Source: an uncultured Prevotellaceae bacterium (GTDB lineage Bacteria > Bacteroidota > Bacteroidia > Bacteroidales > Bacteroidaceae). Taken from it: a stretch of 64,000 nucleotides of DNA. Numbering within the stretch: the first letter of the stretch is position 1; each line of letters opens with the position of its first letter. The stretch is taken from the NCBI GenBank assembly GCA_900316285.1, contig ONCG01000001.1:213422-277421 (forward strand), given 5' to 3'. Position numbers and translations under genes: made by a program. The notes below the pieces were generated by a model, which worked only from the letters and a program-made list of their open reading frames with translations, searched no databases and was not told the DNA's origin. Positions 51,673 to 60,136 of the stretch are shown in pieces.

Positions 51673-52623
51673 TTAACTGTTCTTCCATCTTACACGCTGT
51701 TGGTCGCCGATGATTTCCTTTACTTTTTCTACAAGCTGCCAGTCGATGGGCTTCTCCACATAGCTGATGCTGCGCAACACATTCTCGGGCGAAGCACTGC
51801 TGAAGAGCGTTGTGGCGATGCGCGGCGACAGACTTACGGCAAACTGAATGGCAAGCTCCTCGATGGGATAGCCTTGAGCGGCACAGTATTCGGCAGCACG
51901 CTTGCAGGCATCGCGCAGGCTTTCGGGAGCGGGATGCCAGTCGGGAGCTCCGCGCGACGAAAGCAGTCCCATCGAGAACGGCGACGCATTGATGACGCCA
52001 ATGCCACGCTCCTCGAAGTAGTCGAGATAGTCGGTGAGCATATCGTCGTTCAGACTGTAGTGGCAGAAGCAGAGGATGCTCTCTACGGTGCCTTCCGGCG
52101 AGTGGTCTACGACCCACTGCAGGTTCTCTGGCTGCAGGTCGGTGATGCCCACATGGCGCACAACACCCTCTTCGCGCAACTTCACAAGTGCAGGCAATGT
52201 CTCGTCGACCACCTTCTGCAAGCCGCCCGGCAGAGCAGCCTGGAACTCGATGTCATGCACATTGATGAGGTCGATATAGTCGATACCCAGTCGTTCCATG
52301 CTCTCATAGACGCTGCGGGTGACACGCTCAGCCGAATAGTCCCACATGTTGACACCATCCTTGCCATAGCGGCCCACCTTCGTGGAGAGGTAGTACTTGT
52401 CGCGGGGAATCTCACGCAATGCCTTACCCAACACCTGCTCGGCCTTCAGATGGCCATAGTAGGGCGACACATCGATGAAGTTAATGCCATTATCTACGGC
52501 TACATGCACAGCACGAATGCCTTCTTCTTCGCGGATGCCATGGAACACGCCGCCGAGCGACGATGCCCCAAAAGACAACGCCGATACCCGCATACCAGTT
52601 TTTCCAATTTCGTTATAAACCAT
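51673..52623 (-). CDS. Aldo/keto reductase (L-galactose / L-fucose dehydrogenase-like)
   Basis: 316 aa. GKTGMRVSALSFGASSLGGVF...GINFIDVSPYYG...STKVGRY...FSAERV...YIDLINVHDIEF closely follows the L-galactose dehydrogenase pattern. Confidence 0.85.
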   Translation of the reverse strand: MVYNEIGKTGMRVSALSFGASSLGGVFHGIREEEGIRAVHVAVDNGINFIDVSPYYGHLKAEQVLGKALREIPRDKYYLSTKVGRYGKDGVNMWDYSAERVTRSVYESMERLGIDYIDLINVHDIEFQAALPGGLQKVVDETLPALVKLREEGVVRHVGITDLQPENLQWVVDHSPEGTVESILCFCHYSLNDDMLTDYLDYFEERGIGVINASPFSMGLLSSRGAPDWHPAPESLRDACKRAAEYCAAQGYPIEELAIQFAVSLSPRIATTLFSSASPENVLRSISYVEKPIDWQLVEKVKEIIGDQQRVRWKNS

Positions 52624-52689
52624 ATCTATCTTGTAACTTTGATTTTCCTTAGGGCTTAAAGGTTTTAAAGGGATTTCCCTTTTCTTCCC

Positions 52690-54948
52690 TTATTTTGTCT
52701 TGAGTTCTTTCCGTGCGGAATGGCGAACGAAGACAGGTATGCGACTCTTGTCGACGGCTGTCGTCACAGTCTGTCCGCCTTCATAGTGCCGACCGGTATA
52801 GTAGTCGTCCCAGCCGCCTTTGCAACGGGGCAGATAGGTTTTCCACTCGGTCACGCCCGGCTCGGTGATGGGACTCACTAGGAGCGACGGTCCGAACATA
52901 TACTCGTACGACTGGCGTAAGGCCTCGGGATCGTCGGCGAAGTCGAACACCAAGGGGCGCATCAGCGTATAGCCTTCCTTGGCAATGCGCTCGGCACATT
53001 TCTCTATATAGGGGCGCAGGTTCTCACGCTCACGCAGACAGCCTGCGATGATCTGCTGAGCCTCTGCGCCGTAGTTCCAAGGCTCGGTGTTGCTCATGTA
53101 GCCATGCACGCGCATCAGCGGCAGGAACACACTCGTCTCAATCCAGCGCAGCATGCGTTCGATGTAGGCGGCATCGTTGTATTGATTGCCCGGACGGAAG
53201 AAGCCGCCGGCATCGTAGGTCCACCAAGGCACACCCGCTGCCTGCACTCCCAGTCCGGCCACAATCTGCCGGCGGAAAGTCTCCCAGTCGTTGCCCACGT
53301 CGCCACTCCACAAGGCGGAGCCATAGCGTTGTATACCAGGGAAGCCGCTGCGAGTAAGAATCATCGGCTCACGACCTGCAGCCACCAGTCCCTCATAGAC
53401 CGTCTTATTTACCAGCAGCGGATACACGTTGCGCACCAGTTCGCCCGACCAGCGGCCAGCGTTCACGCGGCGTCCAGCCAAGTCGTCGTTCTCCGGTTCC
53501 GTAGCATCCTGCCACCACGCATCGATGCCCAGCGGCACGAGCCGTTGGTTGAAGTTCCGCCAATAGGCCGCTGCAGCAGCGGGATTGAAGAAGTCTATCC
53601 AGTCGGTACCAGGAATATAATAGTCGGCCGCCAGCATTTCGCGACCCACCTCCGAATTCTTATCAATCTTCGACCAAACGCTCAGCATCAGCTTGATTCC
53701 CATCTTATGAAGGCTGTCGGTGAGCAACTTCGGGTCGGGATAGCGGTCTTCGTCGAAGCGCATGGCATTCCAGCCATACTTGCCCCACCACTGCCAATCC
53801 TGCACCAGCATGCTCACGGGCAGCTTTTCCTGCTGGAAGCGGTTGGCAGTCTCGAGAATCTCCTGCGATGAGTGGAATCGCTCGCGGCAATGGATGTAGC
53901 CCAGTGCCCAGTCGGGCATCAGCGGACACGGACCCGTCAATTCGCGATACGCAGCGATGATTTCATCGGGTGTGCCGACGAACACGGTGTAGTCGACGGC
54001 TTTTGCCACGGGCGAGCGGAATGTCGTCTCGTCTTTCACACGGTCATAGTAAAGCACGGGGCGGTCGTCTCTCGTGAGCTCGGCCGTGAGCGTGTGGCGT
54101 CCTGCCTCCAGATGCACAATCTGCGATGCCGTCGGCGGCAGCCAGAGGTTCTGCATGTTGATGACCGTCTGTCCATCAATCACGAGATTATGACGGCGTG
54201 CCATCTTCTGTCCTACATCGAGCAGCAATGCATAGTCGCCAGCTTCAGCGATGTCGAGGGTAGCTTCGAAGATATGACGCTCGCGCACCTCGCGACGACC
54301 ACCAGTGGTTGAGGTGACGTTCACCACCTCACTCTCGCCTGCCCCACTGCGCTTCACAAGACTCACGCTGCGATTGCAGGGGTTAAAGTCGGTCAGTCCG
54401 TAGTTGTTCCACAAAATGCCATAGCCCTTACTCGAGATGAGCATCGGCAGCGAAATCTGCGTGTTCACCTGCGTGAGTCGTCGCGACAGGCCACGCACAT
54501 TGCTGAAACCATCCTGGAACTGTCCGAGGCCAAAGAGGCATTCGTCGGCCGGTGAGGCAAAGGAAAGTGTAGCGGTGCCGTCATGCAACTGGTGGCGGAG
54601 TGCCGTGAACACGGTGTTACCCCGCTTGTCGAGCACGCGCAGCGACTGTCCATCGGCGCCAATGCTCACCTTCACATCACTCTTCTTTACTTCGTCGTGC
54701 TTCACATACAGCCAGTCGGGCAGCTCGTCCAACCCTTCCGCGATGGATTTGGGAACGGCCTCGCTGTTGGTGTATTGCACTCTGACTGCATTCTTTGCAA
54801 CCATTTTCACTGTCAGCCGTCCGCCAGCAGCCATGCTTGCATCACTGCGCACGGTTCCTGCTGCCTGGGCACTAAGACTGCACATCCCCACTACCAGCAC
54901 TGCCAATAGTGTTGAGAATAAACTTTTCAGATTTGTAGATTGATCCAT
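52690..54948 (-). CDS. GH31 glycoside hydrolase
   Basis: 752 aa with a signal peptide. The catalytic region GIDAWWQDATEPE and LTRSGFPGIQRYGSALWSGDVGNDWETF resemble GH31 blocks. Confidence 0.75.
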   Translation of the reverse strand: MDQSTNLKSLFSTLLAVLVVGMCSLSAQAAGTVRSDASMAAGGRLTVKMVAKNAVRVQYTNSEAVPKSIAEGLDELPDWLYVKHDEVKKSDVKVSIGADGQSLRVLDKRGNTVFTALRHQLHDGTATLSFASPADECLFGLGQFQDGFSNVRGLSRRLTQVNTQISLPMLISSKGYGILWNNYGLTDFNPCNRSVSLVKRSGAGESEVVNVTSTTGGRREVRERHIFEATLDIAEAGDYALLLDVGQKMARRHNLVIDGQTVINMQNLWLPPTASQIVHLEAGRHTLTAELTRDDRPVLYYDRVKDETTFRSPVAKAVDYTVFVGTPDEIIAAYRELTGPCPLMPDWALGYIHCRERFHSSQEILETANRFQQEKLPVSMLVQDWQWWGKYGWNAMRFDEDRYPDPKLLTDSLHKMGIKLMLSVWSKIDKNSEVGREMLAADYYIPGTDWIDFFNPAAAAAYWRNFNQRLVPLGIDAWWQDATEPENDDLAGRRVNAGRWSGELVRNVYPLLVNKTVYEGLVAAGREPMILTRSGFPGIQRYGSALWSGDVGNDWETFRRQIVAGLGVQAAGVPWWTYDAGGFFRPGNQYNDAAYIERMLRWIETSVFLPLMRVHGYMSNTEPWNYGAEAQQIIAGCLRERENLRPYIEKCAERIAKEGYTLMRPLVFDFADDPEALRQSYEYMFGPSLLVSPITEPGVTEWKTYLPRCKGGWDDYYTGRHYEGGQTVTTAVDKSRIPVFVRHSARKELKTK

Positions 54949-54952
54949 GTTG

Positions 54953-54960
54953 CAAAGATA
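54953..54960 (-). promoter_or_regulatory. Candidate -7 box (TATCTTTG) 4 nt upstream of the GH31 ATG
   Basis: Plus-strand CAAAGATA is immediately adjacent to the start codon, which would imply a leaderless transcript. Confidence 0.3.
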
Positions 54961-55220
54961 ACAAAAAAACAGGACACATCAAAGCATTTCCCACGCTTTT
55001 TCGTCCTCGTGTAACATAATTGAAGGAAATTGAAACCTCCTATAAAATAACCCAACTACCATGAGTGTAGGGAATAAAGGATACAAAGGGGAGAGGTTCT
55101 AATGGTTTATGACTGCAAAGAGAAGATAAAATAGTTGAAAAGCAGAAGCGCTGAACGGTTGAAAGGTTGAAAAAGATGAAAAATCTCGGTGCCGTCATCG
55201 CGATAGTCACAGGATTTTTA

Positions 55221-55228
55221 TAATTTTG
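55221..55228 (+). promoter_or_regulatory. Candidate -7 box (TAATTTTG) for the ECF sigma gene
   Basis: 47 nt upstream of the GTG at 55276. Confidence 0.5.
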
Positions 55229-55275
55229 CAGCCCGAAAGAAGCGCGAAGGAACTTCACACGTAAACTTGTAAATC

Positions 55276-55797
55276 GTGAATCGCAAAGTGAATATCGAAG
55301 AACTATTCCTGCAATACTATCGGCCGCTGTGTCTGTATGCCCTCCGCTTGTTGAGCGATTTAGACAGGGCAGAGGACGTCGTGCAGGATAGCTTCGTGAA
55401 AATCCTGGAACGCCCTGCCAGCATTTCCCATCTGCCGGAGAGGCAAGTGGCTGCTTACCTCTTCCGTATCGTGCGCAACCGCTGTGTCGATGAGTTGCGC
55501 CGCGACGAACAGCAGACCGTACTGTCGTTGGAAAGCCCAGGGCATGGCGAACTGCCCGTAAAGCAAGAGGATGTGGACAAGGCAGTGGTGGCCGCACGCC
55601 TCTGGACGGCCATCGATGCCCTGCCCGACCGTTGCCGCGAAGTTTTTCTCATGGCCAAGCGCGACGGCATGACCTATCGTGAGATTGCCGAGGAGCTTGG
55701 CATCTCCGAGCGTACCGTGGAACACCAGGTGTCAAAGGCACTCCGCCTGTTGCGTTCTACGGGCAAAGATTTCTTTCGTCTGTTGTTGTTTCTGTAG
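55276..55797 (+). CDS. ECF-type RNA polymerase sigma-70 factor
   Basis: 173 aa with region 2 (LFLQYYRPLCLYALRLL...AEDVVQDSFVK) and region 4 (FLMAKRDGMTYREIAEELGISERTVEHQVSKAL). It has a GTG start; no in-frame ATG is nearby. Confidence 0.9.
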   Translation: MNRKVNIEELFLQYYRPLCLYALRLLSDLDRAEDVVQDSFVKILERPASISHLPERQVAAYLFRIVRNRCVDELRRDEQQTVLSLESPGHGELPVKQEDVDKAVVAARLWTAIDALPDRCREVFLMAKRDGMTYREIAEELGISERTVEHQVSKALRLLRSTGKDFFRLLLFL

Positions 55798-55836
55798 TGC
55801 CAAGGTAATGCTTCTTTGGAAAGAATCGCCTGAAAA

Positions 55837-55913
55837 ATGTAGGGACGCGACGTGTCGCGTAACTGGACCATGCCTTTCCACCTACAAAAACGCGACACGT
55901 CGCGTCCCTACAT
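55837..55913. repeat. 77-bp GTAGGGACGCG double-hairpin element, copy B
   Basis: A perfect 23-nt inverted repeat, ATGTAGGGACGCGACGTGTCGCG (55837-55859) / CGCGACACGTCGCGTCCCTACAT (55891-55913), with a 31-nt spacer. It lies between the sigma gene and the TonB receptor gene. Confidence 0.9.
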
Positions 55914-56154
55914 ATCATTGCCTTTTTGGGACTAGAGCACCGTGTTCGCGGAATTTCACTATGGTAAAAAGTTCTTTTCACCACAATAAATTGCTCTTTT
56001 GACCATAGTAAATGACCCGTGAAGTATATTTTCTGCGGTTTACAGCTATTTTTTTACAAATCAGAAATAGGGGTTTTCGTGCGTTTTGCCGTTATAAGGG
56101 ATGAAGTCAATTGATTTTCAGTGAATGCAAAAGAAGAAAAAAAAAACGGAAGAC

Positions 56155-58923
56155 ATGAAGAAAAAAATAATCTTTCTAATATTATGGATGTTGCCGGTGG
56201 TGGGCTGGGCTCAGGGCCCAGCCACTATCCGACAAGTGATGGACGAGATGCACCGCACGCGCGGCGTGAACTTCGTCTACGACTCGTCACTCAACGTGGG
56301 GCAGGCGTACAAGGGCCCCGATGTGAAAGCGCTGCCGCTGAAGGAGGCGCTGCAAAGGCTGTTCCGAGACTCGGGCATCGGCTACACCATGAAGGGGAAG
56401 TACGTGATGCTAAAAGCTTACCCCCAGCCCCTCCCTAAGGAAAAGGGAAAAACGAAGCGGTGGACGGTGAGCGGCTACGTACGCGATGAACAGGGCGAGA
56501 CGCTGCTGAATGCGACTGTCTTCGACCTGACCAGTGGCCAGGGCACGATGACCAACGAGCATGGTTTCTACTCACTGACGTTGCCTGAGGGCGAGCATCG
56601 GCTGCGCGTGAGCTACATTGGCTTCGAGGATAAGAACGAGACCGTAAGCCTGCATGCCAACCGCTCCCACCTTTTTATATTAAAGGAGAACGCGCGCGTG
56701 AGCGAGGTGGTGGTAACGGCCGATCTGAACTCGCCCGTGACGGGCACACAGATGGGTAAGCGGTCGCTGTCGCAGCAGGACATCAAGATGGAGTTCTCGC
56801 TGCTCTCGTCGCCCGACGTGGTGAAGACATTGCAGCGTCTGTCGGGTGTGCAAGAGGGTATCGAGGTGGCCTCGGGCCTCTACGTGCATGGCGGCAACAA
56901 CGACGAGAACCTCTTCCTCATCGACGGCACACCGCTCTACCAAATCAACCACTCGCTGGGACTCTTCTCCTCGTTCAATGCCGACGTGGTGAAGAACGTG
57001 GACTTCTACAAGAGCGGCTTCCCTGCCCGCTATGGCGGCAGGCTATCGAGTGTCGTCGACGTGCGCACGAACGACGGCAACTGGGAACGCCTGCACGGCT
57101 CCTATCGCATCGGGATGCTCGACGGAGGGTTTCAGCTGGACGGACCCATCAAACTGAAAAGCGAGAAGCGGAGGGAGGAGAATGGAGAGGTGCGCGGTGT
57201 AGACTTTGGCACCTCCTTCAACATCGGGCTGCGCCGCTCATGGCTCGACCTGCTGACTCGGCCAGCCTTCGCCATTGCCAACCACTACAACGACGAGGAG
57301 AAGATTACGCTGGCCTACGACTTCTACGACCTGAACGCAAAACTGACGCACATCTTCAACCGCCGCTCGCAGATGAACCTGAGCATCTACAACGGACAGG
57401 ACGCGCTCAGCACGAAGGACGACTGGCGTGAAGCCTGGAGTGGTGAAGACTACAGTAAGCTGAGCTACCACGATATCTACAAGAACCGATTCCGCTGGGG
57501 CAACCTGAACGCCGCGCTGAACTGGCGCTACCAGTTCTCGCCGAAGCTGCTGGCGAACTTCACCGCCGTCTATACCCACAACCGCGCCTCGCTGCTCACC
57601 ACCGACGACGAGCAATCCTTCGACGAAGAAGACAACATAAACGACCATACCTACATTGAACACAACTACCGCTCCACCATCAGCGACCTGGGCTACCGTT
57701 CGGAGTTCGACTACCGACCATCGCCGCACCACCACATCCGCTTCGGCCACGACTACACCTTCCACCAGTTCCGACCGCAGACACGTTCGCAGGTGTATCT
57801 GTGGGGTGTGCAGGAGGAGGCCGACAGCCTCACGGGCAGCAGCCATAACCACCACGCAGCCCATGAGCTGACTGTCTACGGCGAAGACCAGCTGACGCTC
57901 AGCGACCGCTGGAGCCTGAACGGTGGCCTGAACCTCTCGCTCTTCGGCATCAGCGGCAAGGCGTTTGTGGGCGTCGACCCGCGCCTGGCCCTAAAATACC
58001 AGCTGCGCGAGGACCTCTCGGCCAAGGCTTCCTACACGATGATGACGCAGTATGTACACAAGATTTCAAACTCCGTGTTGGAGTTGCCCACCGACTACTG
58101 GGTTCCAACGACTAAACGGCTGCGCCCCATGCACTCGCAGCAGTGGGCAGCAGGCATCTATTGGAACCCGCGACTGCGCAACCACGCGAGCCTGACACTC
58201 TCGCTGGAGGGCTACTATAAACTATCGCGCAACCTGTTGCAATATAACTCGTGGGGCGGACTGGTGCCGCCAGCACAGAGCTGGGACCAACTGGTGAGCG
58301 TGGGCCGCGGCCGCTTCTACGGACTGGAGCTCGACGCGCAGTATCGCACGAAGCGCCTGCAGGCCGACCTGGCCTACACGCTGTCGTGGAACGAGCGCCG
58401 CTTCGACGACTTCTATGAGAAGTGGTATCCCGACAAGTTCGACAACCGTCACAAGCTGAACCTCTCGCTGCGCTACAGCTTCAGCAAGAAGACGCAGATG
58501 TATGCCGCCTGGACCTACCACACGGGAAACCACATGACGTTGCCCACGCAGTATGTGCAGATGCCCACGCTGCCGAAAGGGGAGGCCTACCCCCAGCCCC
58601 TCACTGAAGGGATGGGAGTCTTTGCGGACGGGTATACTCATGGGGAATTCATCTATGAGCGGCCCAACAACATCACGCTGCCTGCCTATCACCGGCTCGA
58701 CGTGGGCTTCAACTTCCACCACACCACGAAGCACGGCCACGAACGCATCTGGAATCTCTCCGTCTATAATGCCTACTGCCACCTGAACCCGCTATGGGTG
58801 GACATCGAATACAAGGAACTGAAGGAAAACAAGGTGAACTTGAACGGGCACGAGAGCTTCAGCGTGAAGACACGTGGTTACATTCCCATCATCCCATCGG
58901 TGAGTTACACGATTAAGTTTTAG
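56155..58923 (+). CDS. TonB-dependent receptor with an N-terminal STN-like signalling domain and a CarboxypepD_reg domain
   Basis: I chose the ATG at 56155 (MKKKIIFLILWML...AQG). The order is an STN-like domain, then CarboxypepD_reg (VSGYVRDEQGETLLNATVF), a plug, and a beta-barrel ending ...SVSYTIKF. Confidence 0.88.
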   Translation: MKKKIIFLILWMLPVVGWAQGPATIRQVMDEMHRTRGVNFVYDSSLNVGQAYKGPDVKALPLKEALQRLFRDSGIGYTMKGKYVMLKAYPQPLPKEKGKTKRWTVSGYVRDEQGETLLNATVFDLTSGQGTMTNEHGFYSLTLPEGEHRLRVSYIGFEDKNETVSLHANRSHLFILKENARVSEVVVTADLNSPVTGTQMGKRSLSQQDIKMEFSLLSSPDVVKTLQRLSGVQEGIEVASGLYVHGGNNDENLFLIDGTPLYQINHSLGLFSSFNADVVKNVDFYKSGFPARYGGRLSSVVDVRTNDGNWERLHGSYRIGMLDGGFQLDGPIKLKSEKRREENGEVRGVDFGTSFNIGLRRSWLDLLTRPAFAIANHYNDEEKITLAYDFYDLNAKLTHIFNRRSQMNLSIYNGQDALSTKDDWREAWSGEDYSKLSYHDIYKNRFRWGNLNAALNWRYQFSPKLLANFTAVYTHNRASLLTTDDEQSFDEEDNINDHTYIEHNYRSTISDLGYRSEFDYRPSPHHHIRFGHDYTFHQFRPQTRSQVYLWGVQEEADSLTGSSHNHHAAHELTVYGEDQLTLSDRWSLNGGLNLSLFGISGKAFVGVDPRLALKYQLREDLSAKASYTMMTQYVHKISNSVLELPTDYWVPTTKRLRPMHSQQWAAGIYWNPRLRNHASLTLSLEGYYKLSRNLLQYNSWGGLVPPAQSWDQLVSVGRGRFYGLELDAQYRTKRLQADLAYTLSWNERRFDDFYEKWYPDKFDNRHKLNLSLRYSFSKKTQMYAAWTYHTGNHMTLPTQYVQMPTLPKGEAYPQPLTEGMGVFADGYTHGEFIYERPNNITLPAYHRLDVGFNFHHTTKHGHERIWNLSVYNAYCHLNPLWVDIEYKELKENKVNLNGHESFSVKTRGYIPIIPSVSYTIKF
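56416..56450 (+). repeat. Degenerate GC-rich element copy, in-frame in the TonB receptor (domain linker)
   Basis: GCTTACCCCCAGCCCCTCCC-taaggaaaa-GGGAAAAA encodes AYPQPLPKEKGK. It shares the 15-nt TACCCCCAGCCCCTC with the copy at 58585. Confidence 0.65.
58585..58616 (+). repeat. GC-rich element copy, in-frame in the TonB receptor (barrel loop)
   Basis: GCCTACCCCCAGCCCCTCAC-tgaa-GGGATGGG encodes AYPQPLTEGMG. Confidence 0.7.
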
Positions 58924-58954
58924 GCCCACCCCTACCCCTCCCCATGGGAGGGGC
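58923..58954 (+). repeat. GC-rich hairpin element copy abutting the TonB receptor stop codon
   Basis: GGCCCACCCC-TACCCCTCCCC-at-GGGAGGGG starts at the last base of the TAG (58921-58923). Confidence 0.88.
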
Positions 58955-58996
58955 GCTTGAATAGTAATTGCATAATGGAATAAGAACAAACAGAAA

Positions 58997-60130
58997 ATGA
59001 TGAATAGAACAACAATACTCAAGCGCCTCAAAAAGGTGCTGCTCAGTACTATTTTGCTACCCCTCCCTTGGGGAGGGGCAGGGGTGGGCCTCACTTCCTG
59101 CACCGACCACTACGACCTGGACAAGCTGCAGAACACGTCGAAGCTGGTGGTCTACTGCTTCCCGGCTACTGACGACACCACCTACATCAGCGTGACGGCC
59201 AGCGTGGCCGTAAAGAAGTTCACCGACACCCGAGGCATCCGCCCGCTCGACGACGCACAGGTCGTCTATCGCGTGAACGGACAGGAGCGGCCCGTGCATC
59301 AGCTCTCGGCCCTGCTGCCAGGCGAGGACGAGGCCAATGGCGTGTTCTACGTGCTCGGAGGCCATCAGCCCGGCGACCGCGTGGAAATCCGTGTCAGCCA
59401 TCCTGACTACGGCGAGGCCACGGCTGAAGCTACTGTGCCCGACGCCGTGCCCGTGAGCCTCGACCGCGTCGTGACCACCACAGAGTTCGACCCCGACTGG
59501 TATGACACCCGCACCTTCCACAAGCTGCTGGCCACTTTCACCGACCCTGCCACGACCGCCGACTACTATGCCGTGCGCGTCGTTCAGAAGCAATACGCCG
59601 GTTCGGCCACGGGCCACGTCTACGAAGGTGGACAGGAAATCAGCACGTGGTACATCAGCAACATCGACGACTACCGGCGCCTGTGTGAGCAATATCCCAC
59701 CATCGTGTGGGAGGTGGAGGTGAGCGACTCCACCATCAGCTGGCCCGAAATCGTCATCAACGACGAGCCGCTGCTGAATCCGCTCAGCGAGATAGACTCC
59801 GACTTCGGTTTCTCGTCCGACTTCTACGGCGGCTTCTGCATCTTCAGCGACGAGCAAATCAGCGGACAGACCTACACGCTGCATCTGAACATCCCCACCT
59901 ACAACCACCGCGGACAGGAAAACTCCTGGGGCGAGGCCTACAGCGTGCTGCTCTACCGCATCTCGCCTGAGTTCTACCGGTTCCTGAAGTCCTACAACGA
60001 CATGGCCAACAACGAACTGGCACAAGGCGGTTTCGCGCTGGTGCCCCCCACACTCTCCAACGTCAACGGCGGCTTCGGCCTGCTCGGCACCTATGCCACA
60101 GGCTGGAGCGACTGGAAAAGAACGGAATAA
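58997..60130 (+). CDS. DUF4249-family lipoprotein (TonB-receptor partner)
   Basis: 377 aa with lipobox LTSC. KLVVYCFPATDDTTYISVTAS and the C-terminal SNVNGGFGLLGTYA fit the DUF4249 pattern (from memory). Confidence 0.75.
   Translation: MMNRTTILKRLKKVLLSTILLPLPWGGAGVGLTSCTDHYDLDKLQNTSKLVVYCFPATDDTTYISVTASVAVKKFTDTRGIRPLDDAQVVYRVNGQERPVHQLSALLPGEDEANGVFYVLGGHQPGDRVEIRVSHPDYGEATAEATVPDAVPVSLDRVVTTTEFDPDWYDTRTFHKLLATFTDPATTADYYAVRVVQKQYAGSATGHVYEGGQEISTWYISNIDDYRRLCEQYPTIVWEVEVSDSTISWPEIVINDEPLLNPLSEIDSDFGFSSDFYGGFCIFSDEQISGQTYTLHLNIPTYNHRGQENSWGEAYSVLLYRISPEFYRFLKSYNDMANNELAQGGFALVPPTLSNVNGGFGLLGTYATGWSDWKRTE
59057..59090 (-). repeat. GC-rich hairpin element copy (inverted relative to 58923-58954) inside the DUF4249 signal peptide
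   Basis: CTACCCCTCCC-ttg-GGGAGGGG-CAGGGGTGGGCC. Its reverse complement matches the 58923 copy at about 29 of 32 positions. It encodes LPLPWGGAGVGL. Confidence 0.88.
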
Positions 60131-60136
60131 AACCAA

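Noticed and set aside
55040-55597. A 185-aa minus-strand ORF overlapping the ECF sigma start region.
   Set aside because: It is antisense to a sigma factor with clear region 2 and region 4 motifs, and it has no recognisable domains.
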